A DNA stretch of 64,000 nucleotides, from NCBI RefSeq assembly GCF_964204645.1, contig NC_134033.1:7634655-7698654 (forward strand). Direction: 5' to 3'. Source of the stretch: Tubulanus polymorphus (taxonomy: Eukaryota > Animalia > Nemertea). Below, piece by piece: positions 1 to 12,907 of the stretch (positions are counted from its first letter, which is position 1; each line of letters opens with the position of its first letter). The position numbers were made by a program, and so were the translations under genes. Under the pieces are notes generated by a model. The model ran no database searches. It was not told the origin of the DNA and worked only from the letters and a program-made list of their open reading frames with translations.

Positions 1-3000
1 TCATAATGACGATCACCTAATCGGATTTTACAATCTTAAAATTTCGTCTTGTACGTTTTCTGTAGCGCAGGTGATCAAGTCTTAGGATCAACTTCATTGT
101 AACAAATGATTTCAAATATCAGAAGCCCAATGCGTTTAATGATTCAATTAAATGGTATCGTGCTGATTGGATGAAAGTTGGGGTAAATCATTGTATTGTG
201 ATCTTATTCTTTTTGAATTGGTCATTGGTGGTCAATGGTCAATTTATGAATCTTCAATGGCGAATCTTTTCTAGTTTCACACCAAACACGGTATATCGTT
301 CTCATGTTCGTGAAATTGTAATTCGTCAGTAGTGGTCAGTGTTGGTCAGCTTATGAATTTGCAATGATGAATACTTGGTAGTTTGTAAACAAACATGGCT
401 TGAGAAATTTCCGGTATTCGAAGTCTGAATCGTTCAGACTCGGGGATCATATCTCAATTGGTCAGTTTCTGACCATCACGGTGTCAGCATTGTGGTCGAT
501 AGCTTATATGAAACATTTGTAGATAACCAACGAAGGGGCCCAAAAGCACAAGCCAATTTCCAGTGATGTGATCCAAAAAATGCCCTACTGAAAAAAGTAG
601 TCTCTCAATTGTACGAAACCAAATCGCACAGGAAAATTAATTTAGAAATTGTCGACTAGTAGCCACAGGCACTGGTTTTTTCTACGTAGTCTCTCATTTC
701 ATATCATAAGATTTCCCCCGTTTCAAACTGTTGAGTTTATGAGATAATATTAAACAGACATATTGGGGCCCTCAGTAATAACTAATATATTTCTTTTGAT
801 ATTTGTACCTATCTGTTGGGTCCATCAAACAGTTGGTTTTCTGTAGTAACTAATATATATCACATGATACATGATTGTACCGATCTTTTGGGTCAAATAT
901 GGTCTTATATCAAACTTATACATTCCGATACCCATATGGAAGACTTTAATAGACCATTTTAAGTGGTTTCCTGTGAAATAATTGTTTTATTTTCTGTTTT
1001 CACGGTACTGCATTGGCATAATCCAAGAGAATGGAAGGGATGTATGGATTCATGTAATATGGCATATTCAAGTGCCGCTGCATATCCACATGGAAACGTT
1101 TGGCAATGTGAGGAAGTTCCTGCACTGTTCCTTCCTTTGAATTCACCAAATTACTAAATCAACTCAGCATAGTCATCAATATACATGTAGTTTATCCTTC
1201 AAAATCGAAGAGTGCTTGCGCATACACGTAGGCCTTAATCCTAATTCCACTATGTCTTGTATTATCGAAACCTATATCAACCCCATCTGACAAAGTTTAA
1301 ATCAAACTTTGTCAGAAGGGGTTGAGAATTGAATAGGTTTCAATTGTTATCATTGGCTAATCGGGATCAGTTCAATTTTGATCTCATGTTTGTCTATACA
1401 TCAATAATTAGGAATTATCCAAGTTTAGCGCAGTCTAATGTGTATACGGTTCCTAGAAAAATCAAATCGATATTTGGGTAAAGCCTGTGAATTTAACACA
1501 AACACTTGGATTATACATCATTATAAGTTTATTTGGAATCTTTCTCTTTTTTATAATTTTCTTTGTCAGCATTTTAGTGGCTTCGTCCAAAAGTTCACGA
1601 TTAGGCATTCTGTTGGAACGAATGCAAGATCGTATGAAATATTTTATCTTCATCCGATGACCAGCGCCTTCGTGTTTTCATTCTGCCTATTAAAAGAAAG
1701 AAAATTCATTTATTTCTATATTTGGTTTAGGTTAAAAAATGATACTTTGTTTCTCTGCAGCTGCCGGGAAATAGTGTAAATTCCAATAAAATTTGTAATC
1801 AGTTCATTTCTATAGCTGCAGGGTCTATAATTGTATGCCTGATAGTGATTAGAAAAATAATGTACTGGGTAGATAGGCTGCAGGGTAAATTAACTTTAAG
1901 CTAGGTAGAACGGAGAAACAAGGTATCATTTTGTCCCTTAATTGACCAATTTGAATACATGACCCGTCAAATTATATAAAACATACGTGCACAGTCAAAG
2001 TGGGAGGCACTACTTGTTCAGGTACTTGAGCTATTTAAATTAACCTTTTTGAAAGTAAGCTACCTGGGTAGGGATATCAAAATTGTGACATTGAAACTCG
2101 GGAAGTGCACTATTATATTGTATGTATATTAAACATCGCCTCAGCCTGGCAGCATATCGAAAAAGGTATGACCTTTAAACTTTATATATTCTTTATGATA
2201 TACTAGTAAAACTAAACTGCTTTCAAATGTTATTACGGTTAATTTCAACCATTGATATTTAGCACTGCTTGGTGGCCATGATGAATAATGCATCCCTGTA
2301 AAACTTGATGTACATGTTCATAGGGACATAATCTGCAACTTTGCACTACATCATGATATTGAATTTCGACCCGAGAATAATCTGAAGAATATGTATTGGT
2401 TATGTTTTAAATTACAATTGCTCATGTGACCTTGAAACTCAGGACGGCCATGTTGCATCCGATTGACCCAAAATCTCTCTCATGCTGACGCACCCTTCAG
2501 GAATGCAATCTGATAGATCAAGCAGAGTGTCCTCAATATTTCCCTTGAAAACTTCAAAAATAAGTAAAAAATGCTGATTTCAGCAACCAAAAAATGGCCG
2601 CCAGTCAACCATGTTGATTCTGACTAAGCTAGAATTTTGTAAAAAAGTGTATCTAGGGTAGATACATGTATATAAATAAATTATATCAATTGCATTAATA
2701 TATTTTTATAAATGATATAGGGCCTATTACATTTTATAGATTATAGATTATAGATTGTACCTATCTATTGGGTCAATCAAACAGTTGGTTTCCTCTGTAA
2801 TAACTAATACATTCCACATGATAGTTTGTACCGACCTGTTGGGCCCTAATAATACAAAATAATCCATATGATAGATTTGACCAGACCAATCTAACTTTGG
2901 GTTTACTGTGTTATAAATACATTCTATCATAGATTTCCCTCAAACGGGGCATGTGAAAAATAATATGTATTCAGTATGAATATAGACTTTAACAAACATA

Positions 3001-4570
3001 TTGGGTCCCTCAAGGTGATTAGTAAGTACTTGGTGAAATACCTGACAATCTGCAAATGTCAAGAATTACCATTACGATAGAGCATTTCATGCACTGGCAC
3101 AACTTGCAATTTCTTGTGGTAATAACGTCACATTTTTTGGTACAAAAAGGTCACAGGACGGCCATCTTGTATCCGATTTTCCCAAAATCTCTCTCATGCT
3201 GACGCACCCTTCAGGAATACAATCTGATAGATCAAGTAGAGTGTCCTCAAAATTTCCCATGAAAACTTCAAAAATAAGTAAACTAGCAGTCCAGTGACAC
3301 CATGCCAGGTAATTGATTGTGATAACAAAATATGCCTCGTTACCGATTTAATATGGAAATACTAAGTTATTCTACTATTCAATGCCCCCTGGTGACCATA
3401 TGCAAAACCCAATGACCTCGAGACTCACCACAATCAAAGAACATGTCATGAACTACAACTTTGCAATTGATCATGGTAACAAAATATGCCTAGATACCAA
3501 TCTATAAGGAAATACTAAGTTATTCTACTATTCAACGCCCCCTGGTGACCATATATAATAACTCATGTCCTTAAAACTCACCACATACATAGACGATGTC
3601 ATGAGCTATAACTTTGCAATTAATTGTGGTAACAAAATATGCATAGGTACAGACATAATATAGAAATACTAAGTTATTGTATTATCTAACGCCCCCTGGT
3701 GACCATATACAAAAACCGATGACCTTGAAGCTAACCAAAATCATAGAACACCTTATGAGCTACAACTTTCAATAGATTGTGGTAATACAATATGTTTAGG
3801 TATCAATATAATGTAGAAAATGGAAAATTTTGATAATTAAGGGATAGGAGCACCCTTAATACGACCAGTCAAACTGCGCAGTTTTAATAAACCATCGTTT
3901 TTATATCCACTTTACACTGTATTGAAGGATTGCCAAAAAGTTTTCATTTTCGCATGTTGAAATGAGAAAAAATAAGCCATTTTTGAAATTCTAACAATAT
4001 GCGTCCTGAGTTTCCATACCTACGAACCATTGATTTTTGATGATTTGATTATAATTTCAAATGGTAGGCGCGGAAACATATTGTTAAAATTGATTTACGG
4101 TCAACCCCCAATATAACAGTTTCACTGGTAGTATGAAGATCAAATTCAGGTATGTGTTCAAAAGTTTTAGAGAAATATCCCAAAAAAATTGACTTTCGTT
4201 CCCTAGTAAAAAGGTATGAAATAACTAAACTGATTTACCATCGGTTGCGGAAAGTTGACTCATATCTACCATAAGACTCTCTCTATGTGATTCAACTGCG
4301 GATTGATTGGAATCTTTCACACCAATTGTATCGAACTCGGTGGTCCATTTTCCTGTGAAAATTAAAAATATGAACATGCATAAGCAATTGAGTAGTGGTT
4401 GAAATTGAGAGCAAAATTGATATTTTTTGGGTACGAAAAAAGGTCACAGGACGGCCATCTTGCGTCCGATTGACCAAAAATTTCTCTCATGCCGATGCAC
4501 CCTTCGGGTATACAATCTGATAGATCAAGGTAATTGATCAGAATCTTCAAAATTCCCTTGAAAACTTCAA

Positions 4571-5833
4571 CTAGGGGTCCAGGGACACCATGCCCACTTG
4601 GGAAGTGGTTCCAAATGCTCAACAATCTAACAATTTCAATATTCAACGCCCCCTGGCAACCATATACAAAAACCAATGACCTTGAAACTCACCACAATCA
4701 TAGAACATGTCAGCAGCTACGATTTTGTAATTGATTGTGATAACAAAATATGCCTCGTTACCAATTTGATATGGAAATACTAAGTTATTCTACTATTCAA
4801 CGCCCCCTGGAGACCATATTCAAAACCCAATGACCTCAAAACTTACCACAATCATAGAACATGTCATGAACTACAACTTTGCAATTGATCATGGTAACAA
4901 AATATGCCTAGGTACCAATATAATAAGGAAATACTTAGTTATTCTACTATTCAACGTGCCCTGGTGACCATATAGAAAAACTAATGTCCTTAAAACTCAC
5001 AACAATCATAGATGATGTCATGAGCTACAACTTTCCAATTGATTGTGGTTACAAAATATACATAGGTACAAATATAATAAAGAAATGCTAAGATATTGTA
5101 TTATTCAACGCCCCCTGGTGGCCATATACAAAATCTAATTAACTTGCAACACACCATAATCATAGAACATGTTATGAGCTACAACTTTCTAATTGAATGT
5201 GGTACCAAAATACGCTTAGGTATCAATATAATGTGGAAAAACTTTTTCCCATTTACGAATGAGTACTGGTGAGACCGAGATGGCCGCCAATTGCGTCATA
5301 ATTGGCTGATGAAAAATACCTGTCTCAGGTATAAAACATCCCTTTCCAAAGAATACCCATCACAAATTGCAATGAGAAATGGCAAACCAGTAGGAAGCTA
5401 CAGGACTCAGAATTCGGGCAAAAATTAACATTTTTGGGCACTAAAAAGGTCATAGGACGGCCATCTCGAGTCCCACCGACCCAATTTTTGTTATGTTGAT
5501 GGGCCCTGGGGGGATTCACATATATCCGAAAGATCAAGGTAATTGATCGAAGCGTCTTCAAAATTTCTCTCAAAAAGATCAAAAATGTGTAAAAAGTGCT
5601 GATTTTGGCGAACCACAATGGCTGCCAGTCGGCCATCTTGATTCTGACAGGGCCAGTTTTTGGGCTGAAGATGTGTCTAGGGTAGATACATGTGTATCCC
5701 AAATATCAAGACGTTACCTTGAAGCGTCTTCAAAACTTCCCAAAATAACTGGATTCCATCTACAGACGGACGGACAGACGACGGACGAAAAGTGAACGCA
5801 ATAGCCCGCTGGGACTAAAGTCCCAAGTGGGCT
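4571..5833 (-). mobile_element. HINE/DINE-1-like non-autonomous Helentron, copy 1
   Basis: On the minus strand it begins TTTTT-AGCCCACTTGGGAC-ttta-GTCCCAGCGGGCT (subTIR + hairpin), then a (CCGT)n microsatellite and internal ~150-bp tandem units. It ends with subTIR CCAAGTGGGC, a stem-loop and CTAG-TT. It is inserted without TSD in an A-run (empty site aaaacttcaaaaatgagtaag at ~7015). Confidence 0.75.
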
Positions 5834-8169
5834 AAAAATGAGTAAGAAAGTGCTGATTTCAGCAAACAGAAATGGCCACCAGTCAACCATGTTAATTCTG
5901 ACCAAGCTCAGTTTTTGGGCAGAAGATGTATCTAGGGTAGATACATGTATATAAATACATTAAATCAATTACATTAATATATTTCTATAAATGATAATGG
6001 GCCTATTACATTTTATAGATTGTACCTATCTATTGGGTCCATCAAACAGCTGGTTTCCTGTGTAATAACTAATACATTCCACATGATAGATTGTACCGAC
6101 CTATTGGGTCCTTTGTCTTATAGTACATAATAATCCACATGATAGATTTTACCAGACCAATCTAACTGTGGGTTTTCTGTGTTAAAACAATACATTCTAT
6201 AATAGATTTCCCTCAATTCGGGGATTCCTATGTGATGAATAATATACATTAATATACATTAATGTTTTGAACACATACGTCTAATTGGTTTTAATACGAC
6301 CAGTGAAACCGTGCAGTTTTAATAAACCATTGTTTTTATATCCATTTTACGCTGTATTGAAGGATTGCCAAAAAGTTTTCATTTTCGCATGTTGAAATGA
6401 GAAAAAATAAGCCATTTTTGAAATTCTAACAATATGCGTCCTGAGTTTCCATGCCTACGAACCATTGATTTTTGATGATTTGATTATAATTTCAAATGGT
6501 AAGCACGGAAACATATTGTTAAAATTGATTTACAGTCAACCCCCAATATAACAGTTTCACTGGTAGTATGAAGCTAAATTCAGGTAGGCCTACAATGTGT
6601 TCAAAAGTTTTAGAGAAATATCCCACATAATCGACTTTCGGTCTAAAGTCCCTAGTGGGCTAAAAAGGTATGAAATAACTAAACTGATTTACCATCAGTT
6701 GCGGAAAGTTGACTCGAATCTGTCATAAGACTCTCTCTATATGATTCAACTGCGGATTGATTGGAATCTTTCACACCAATTGTATCGAACTCTGTGGTCC
6801 ATCTTCCTGTGAAAATTAAAAATATGAACATGCATAAGCAATTGAGTAGTGGTTGAAATTGAGACAAAAATTGACATTTTTTGGGTACGAAAAAAGGTCA
6901 CAGGACGGCCATCTTGCGTCCGATTGACCCAAAATTTCTCATATGCCGATGCACCCTTCGGGTATAGAATCTGATAGATCAAGGTAATTAATCAGAATCT
7001 TCAAAATTCCCTTGAAAACTTCAAAAATGAGTAAGAAAGTGCTGATTTCAGCGAACAAAAATGGCCACTAGTCAACCATGTTGATTCTGACCAAGTTCAG
7101 TTTTTGGGCAGAAGATGTATCTAGGGTAGATACATGTATAATAATACATTTAATCAATTACATTAATATATTTCTATAAATGATAATGGGCCTATTACAT
7201 TTTATAGATTGTACCTATCTATTGGGTCCATCAAACAGCTGGTTTCCTGTGTAATAACTAATACATTCCACATGATAGATTGTACCGACCTATTGGGCCC
7301 TTTGTCTTATAGTACATAATAATCCATATGACAGATTTTACCAGACCAATCTAACTGTGGGTTTCCTGTGTTATAACAATACATTCTGTCATAGATTTCC
7401 CTCAAACTGGGCTGATTTCAGCGAACAAAAATGGCCACCAGTCAACCATGTTGATTCTGACCAAGCTCAGTTTTTGGGTACAAGATGTATCTAGGGTAGA
7501 TACATGTATATAAATACATTAAATCAATTACATTAATATATTTCTATAAATGATCATGGGCCTATTACATTTTATAGATTGTACCTATCTATTGGGTCCA
7601 TCAAACAGCTGGTTTCCTGTGTAATAACTAATACATTCCACATGATAGATTGTACCGACCTATTGGGTCCTTTGTCTTATAGTACATAATAATCCATATG
7701 ATAGATTTTACCAGACCAATCTAACTGTGGGTTTCCTGTGTTATAATAATACATTCTGTCATAGATTTCCCTCAAACTGGGGGATTCCTATGTGATAAGT
7801 ATTTTATATTCAGCATGATAGACTTTAACAAACATAATGGGTCCTTCAAGGTGATTAGTTAGTACTTGGTGAAATACTGAACAATCTGGAAATGTCAAGA
7901 ATCACCATTACCATAGGGCATTTCATGCACTGGCACAACATGCAATTGTTTGTGGTAACAACGTCATATGTCTAGGTACTAATATTCTGTAGTACCATAT
8001 TCTTCGGCTAATTTACGCCACCGGTGAACATAAACAATGCCTAGAAACTCACCACAATCTTAGGGCAATTCATGTTAGAGCAAGTCATGAGGCCAAGTTA
8101 TTTACTGCGAATGAGAGAAATTGAGATAAATGATCGAAGCGTTTTCAATATTTCCCATGAAAACTTGAA

Positions 8170-9336
8170 CTAGGGGTCAAGGGACACCATGCCCACTTGA
8201 GAAATGTTTCCGTATGCTCAACAATCTAACAATTTCAATATTCAACGCCCCCTGGTGACCATATACAAAAACCAATGGCCTTGAAACTCACCACAATCAT
8301 GGTACATGTCAGGAGGTATGATTTCATGGATTGTGATGACAAAATATGCCTTGTTACCAATTTAATATGGAAATACTAGATCATAGAACATGTCATGAAC
8401 TAAAACTTTCTAATTGATCATGGTAACAAAATAAGCCTAGGTACCAATATAAGGAAATACTAAGTTATTCTACTATTCAATGCCTCTTGGTGACCATATA
8501 GAATAACTAATGTCCTTAAAACTTGCTACAATCATAGATGATGTCATGAGCTACAACTTTGCAATTGATTGTGGTTACAAAATATGCATTGATACGAATA
8601 TAATATGGAAAGATATTGTATTATTCAATGCACACTGGGCCATATACAAAACCAATGACCTTGAAACTCACCACAATCATAGATCATGTTATGAGCTACA
8701 ACTTTCTTATTGATTGTGGTAACAAAATACACCTAGGTATCAATATAATGTGGAAAATTTTTTTCCCGCCTAGGAATGAGTACTGATGACACCAAGATGG
8801 CCGCCAATTGCGTCATAATTGGCTGATCAAAAATACCTGTCTCAGGTATAAAACATCCCTTTCTTAAGAATACCCATCACAAATTGCAATGAGAAATGGC
8901 AAACAAGTAGGAAGCTACAGGACTCGGAATTCAGGCCAAAATTGACATTTTTTGGCATTAAAAAAGGTCATAGGATGGCCATCTTGAGTTCGATCGACCC
9001 AATTTTTGTTATGCTGATGGGCCCTGGGGGGATGCACATACATCCGAAAGATCAAAAAGTTCCCTCAAAAAGTTAAAAAATGTGTAAAAAGTGTTGATTT
9101 TGGCGAACATCAATGGCTGCCAGTCGGCCATCTTGATTCTGACAGGGCCGGTTTTGGGGCTGAAGATGTGTCTAGGGTAGATACATGTGTAACCCAAATA
9201 TCAAGACATTACATTGAAGCGTCTTCAAAACATCCCAAAATAACTGGATTCCGTCTACGGACGGACGTACGCTACGACGGACAATGGACGAAAAGTGAAC
9301 GCAATAGCCCACTGGGACTAAAGTCCCAAGTGGGCT
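8170..9336 (-). mobile_element. HINE/DINE-1-like element, copy 2
   Basis: Same ends as copy 1: ctaggggtcaagggacaccatgcccactt ... gcaatagcccactgggactaaagtcccaagtgggct, with a (GACG)n tract. Confidence 0.7.
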
Positions 9337-10404
9337 AAAAAGGTTCAAACAATGTCTAAAAGTGCTGATTTCAAAATGTATCAGAATAACTGGATTCTGT
9401 CAAGCTCGGGACAATGACACAAAGCGGATGCGATAACCCGCTTAAGTCCATTTCATGTGGCTAAAAAGGTATGAAATAACTAAACTGATTTACCATCGGT
9501 TGTGGAAAGTCGACTCATATCTGTCATAAGACTCTCTCTATGTGATTCAACTGCAGATTGATTGGCATCTTTCACACCAATTTGTATCGAACTCGGTGGT
9601 CCATCTTCCTGTAAAAATTAAAAATATGAACATGCATAAGCAATTGAGTAGTGGTTGAAATTGAGACCAAAATTGACATTTTTTGGGTACGATGAAAGGT
9701 CACAGGACGGCCATCTTGCATCCGATTGACCCAAAATTTCTCTCATGCCGATGCACCCTTCGGGTATACAATCTGATAGATCAAGGTAATTGATCAGAAT
9801 CTTCAAAATTCCCTTGAAAACTTCAAAAATGAGTAAGAAAGTGCTGATTTCAGCGAACAAAAATGGCCACCAGTCAACCATGTTGATTCTGACCAAGCTC
9901 AGTTTTTGGGCAGAAGATGTATCTAGGGTAGATGCATGTATATAAATACATTAAATCAATTAAATTAATATATTTCTATGAATGATATAGGGCCCATTAC
10001 ATTTTATAGATTGAACCTATCTATTGGGTCCATGAAACAGCTGGTTTCCTGTGTAATAACTAATACATTCCACATGATAGATTGTACCGACCTATTGGGT
10101 CATTTGTCTTATAGTACATAATAATCCATATGATAGATTTTACCATCAGACCAATCTAACTCTGGGTTTCCTGTGTTATAACAATACATTCTATCATAGA
10201 TTTCCCTCAATTCGGGGATTCCTATGTGATGAATAATATACATTTATAGGCCTATACATTAATGTTTTGAACACATACGCCTAATTGGTTTTAATACGAC
10301 CAGTGAAACTGTGCAGTTTTAATAAACCATTGTTTTTATATCCATTTTACGCTGTATTGAAAGATTGCCAAAAAGTTTTCATTTTCGCATGTTGAAATGA
10401 GAAA

Positions 10405-11993
10405 CTAGGGGTCCAGGGACACCATGCCCACTTGGGAAATGGTTTCAAATGCTCAACAATCTAACAATTTCAATATTCAACGCCCCCTGGTGACCATTTA
10501 CAAAAACCAACGACCTTGAAACTCACCAAAATCATAGAACATGTCAGCAGCTACGATTTTGTAATTGATTGTGATAACAAAATATGCCTCGTTACCAATT
10601 TAATATGGAAATACTAAGTCATTCTACTATTCAACGCCCCCTGGTGACCATATTCAAAACCCAATGACCTCGAAACTCACCACAATCATAGAACATGTCA
10701 TGAACTACAACTTTGCAATTGATCATGGTAACAAAATATGCCTAGGTACCAATATAATAAGGAAATACTTAGTTATTCTACTATTCAACGTGCCCTGGTG
10801 ACCATATTCAAAACCCAATGACCTCGAAACTCACCACAATCATAGAACATGTCATGAACTACAACTTTGCAATTGATCATGGTAACAAAATATGCCTAGG
10901 AGCGAACTCTTTTATCAGATCGGAGAATCCGTTTGCCTCCAATCGTACTCTTTTATTGGTCACATGACTTTTTGGAGTCTCTGAAACCTCCTTTCTGTCG
11001 AGGTGGTGTGATTCGGATTTTGTGTGGAGCCAACCAGAGATTTCGGACGGAGACTTCGGAGGTCATAAAAGAGTACGCCCTTGGTACCAATATAATAAGG
11101 AAATACTAAGTTATTCTACTATTCAACGCCCCCTGGTGACCATATAGAAAAACTAATGTCCTTAAAACTCACAACAATCATAGATGATATCATGAGCTAC
11201 AACTTTCCAATTGATTGTGGTTACAAAATATGCATAGGTACGAATATAATAAAGAAATGCTAAGATATTGTATTATTCAACGCCCCCTGGTGGCCATATA
11301 CGAAATCCAATTACCTTGAAACTCACCACAATCATAGAACACGTTATGAGCTACAACTTTCTAATTGATTGTGGTAGCAAAATACGCTTAGGTATCAATA
11401 TAATGTGGAAAAACTTTTTCCCACTTACGAATGAGTACTGGTGACACCAAGATGGCCGCCAATTGTGTCATAATTGGCTGATGAAAAATACCTGTCTGAG
11501 GTATAAAACATCCCTTTCCAAAGAATACCCATCACAAATTGCATTGAGAAATGGTAAACCAGTAGGAAGCTACAGGACTCAGAATTCGGGCAAAAATTAA
11601 CATTTTTGGGCACTAAAAAGGTCATAGGACGGCCATCTTGAGTCCGATTGACCCAATTTTTGTTATGTTGATGGGCCCTGGGGGGATTCATATATATCCG
11701 AAAGATCAAGGTAATTGATCGAAGCGTCTTCAAAATTTCCCTCAAAAAGTTCAAAAATGTGTAAAAAGTGCTGATTTTGGCGAACAACAATGGCTGCCAG
11801 TCAGCCATCTTGATTCTGACAGGGTAAGTTTTTGGGCTGAAGATGTGTCTAGGGTAGATACACGTGCAACCCAAATATCAAGACGTTACCTTGAAGCGTC
11901 TTCAAAACTTCCCAAAATAACTGGATTCCGTCTACGGACGGACGGACGGACGAAAAGTGAACGCAATAGCCTGCTGGGACTCCCAAGTAGGCT
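10405..11993 (-). mobile_element. HINE/DINE-1-like element, copy 3
   Basis: Same ends as copy 1. Inserted in the A-run of gaaatgagaaaaaataagcc (empty site at ~6395). Confidence 0.75.
10900..11080. mobile_element. 181-bp MITE nested in HINE copy 3 (possibly PIF/Harbinger type)
   Basis: Imperfect TIRs gagcgaactcttttat / ataaaagagtacgccc. It interrupts the repeat motif atgcctag|gtaccaat with an apparent 3-bp duplication (tag/ttg). Confidence 0.6.
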
Positions 11994-12907
11994 AAAAATA
12001 AGCCATTTTTGAAATTCTAACAATATGCGTCCTGAGTTTCCATGCCTACGAACCATTGATTTTTGATGATTTGATTATAATTTCAAATGGTAGGCACGGA
12101 AACATATTGTTAAAATTGATTTACAGTCAACCCACAATATACCAGTTTCACTGGTAGTATGATGATCAAATTCAGGTAGGCCTACAGTATGTGTTCAAAA
12201 GTTTTAGAGAAATATCCCAAATAATCGACTTTCGGTCTAAAGTCCCTAGTGGGCTAAAAAGGTATGAAATAACTAAACTGATTTACCATCGGTCTCGGAA
12301 AGTTGACTCGTATCTACCATAAGACTCTCTCTATGTGATTCAACTGCGGATTGATTGGAATCTTCCACACCAATTGTATCGAACTCGGTGGTCCATTTTC
12401 CTGCGAAAATTAAAAATATGAACATGCATAAGCAATTGAGTAGTGGTTGAAATTGAGACAAAAATTGATATTTTTTGGGTACGAAAAAAGGTCACAGGAT
12501 GGCCATCTTGCATCCGATTGACCCAAAATTTCTCTCATGCTGATGGAACCTTCGAGTACACGATCTGATAGATCAAGGTAATTCGATCAGTGTCTTCAAA
12601 ATTCCCTTGAAAACTTCAAAAATGAGTAGGAAAGTGCTGATTTCAGCGAACAAAAATGGCCACCAGTCAACCATGTTGATTCTGACCAAGCTCAGTTTTT
12701 GGGTACAAGATGTATCTAGGGTAGATACATGTATATAAATACATTAAATCAATTACATTAATATATTTTTATAAATGATATAGGGCCTATTACATTTTAT
12801 AGATTGTACCTATCTATTGGGTCCATCAAACAGCTGGTTTCCTGTGTAATAACTAATACATTCCACATGATAGATTGTACCGACCTATTGGGTCCTTTGT
12901 CTTATAG

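Larger units (their letters stand above)
2430..12907. repeat. Complex of nested, partly tandem copies of Helentron-type non-autonomous repeats and associated modules
   Basis: The same blocks recur many times (e.g. ggacggccatcttgc.tccgattgaccc at ~2441, 3158, 4449, 6903, 9705, 12497; a ~150-bp unit containing caacgccccctggtgacc). The short ORFs here are near-identical translations of these repeats. Confidence 0.85.

Noticed and set aside
1420-1700. Possible minus-strand exon (acceptor ttttctttcttttaatag, then RRRWSSDEDKIF, Myb/SANT-like)
   Set aside because: It is short, frameshifted and has no supporting neighbouring exons, so it is too weak to call.
4292-12461. Recurrent 60-150 aa ORFs (MGYTCIYPRH..., MVRINMVDWW...)
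   Set aside because: They are by-products of repeat copies. Frames and stops are not conserved between copies, and no domain motifs are present.
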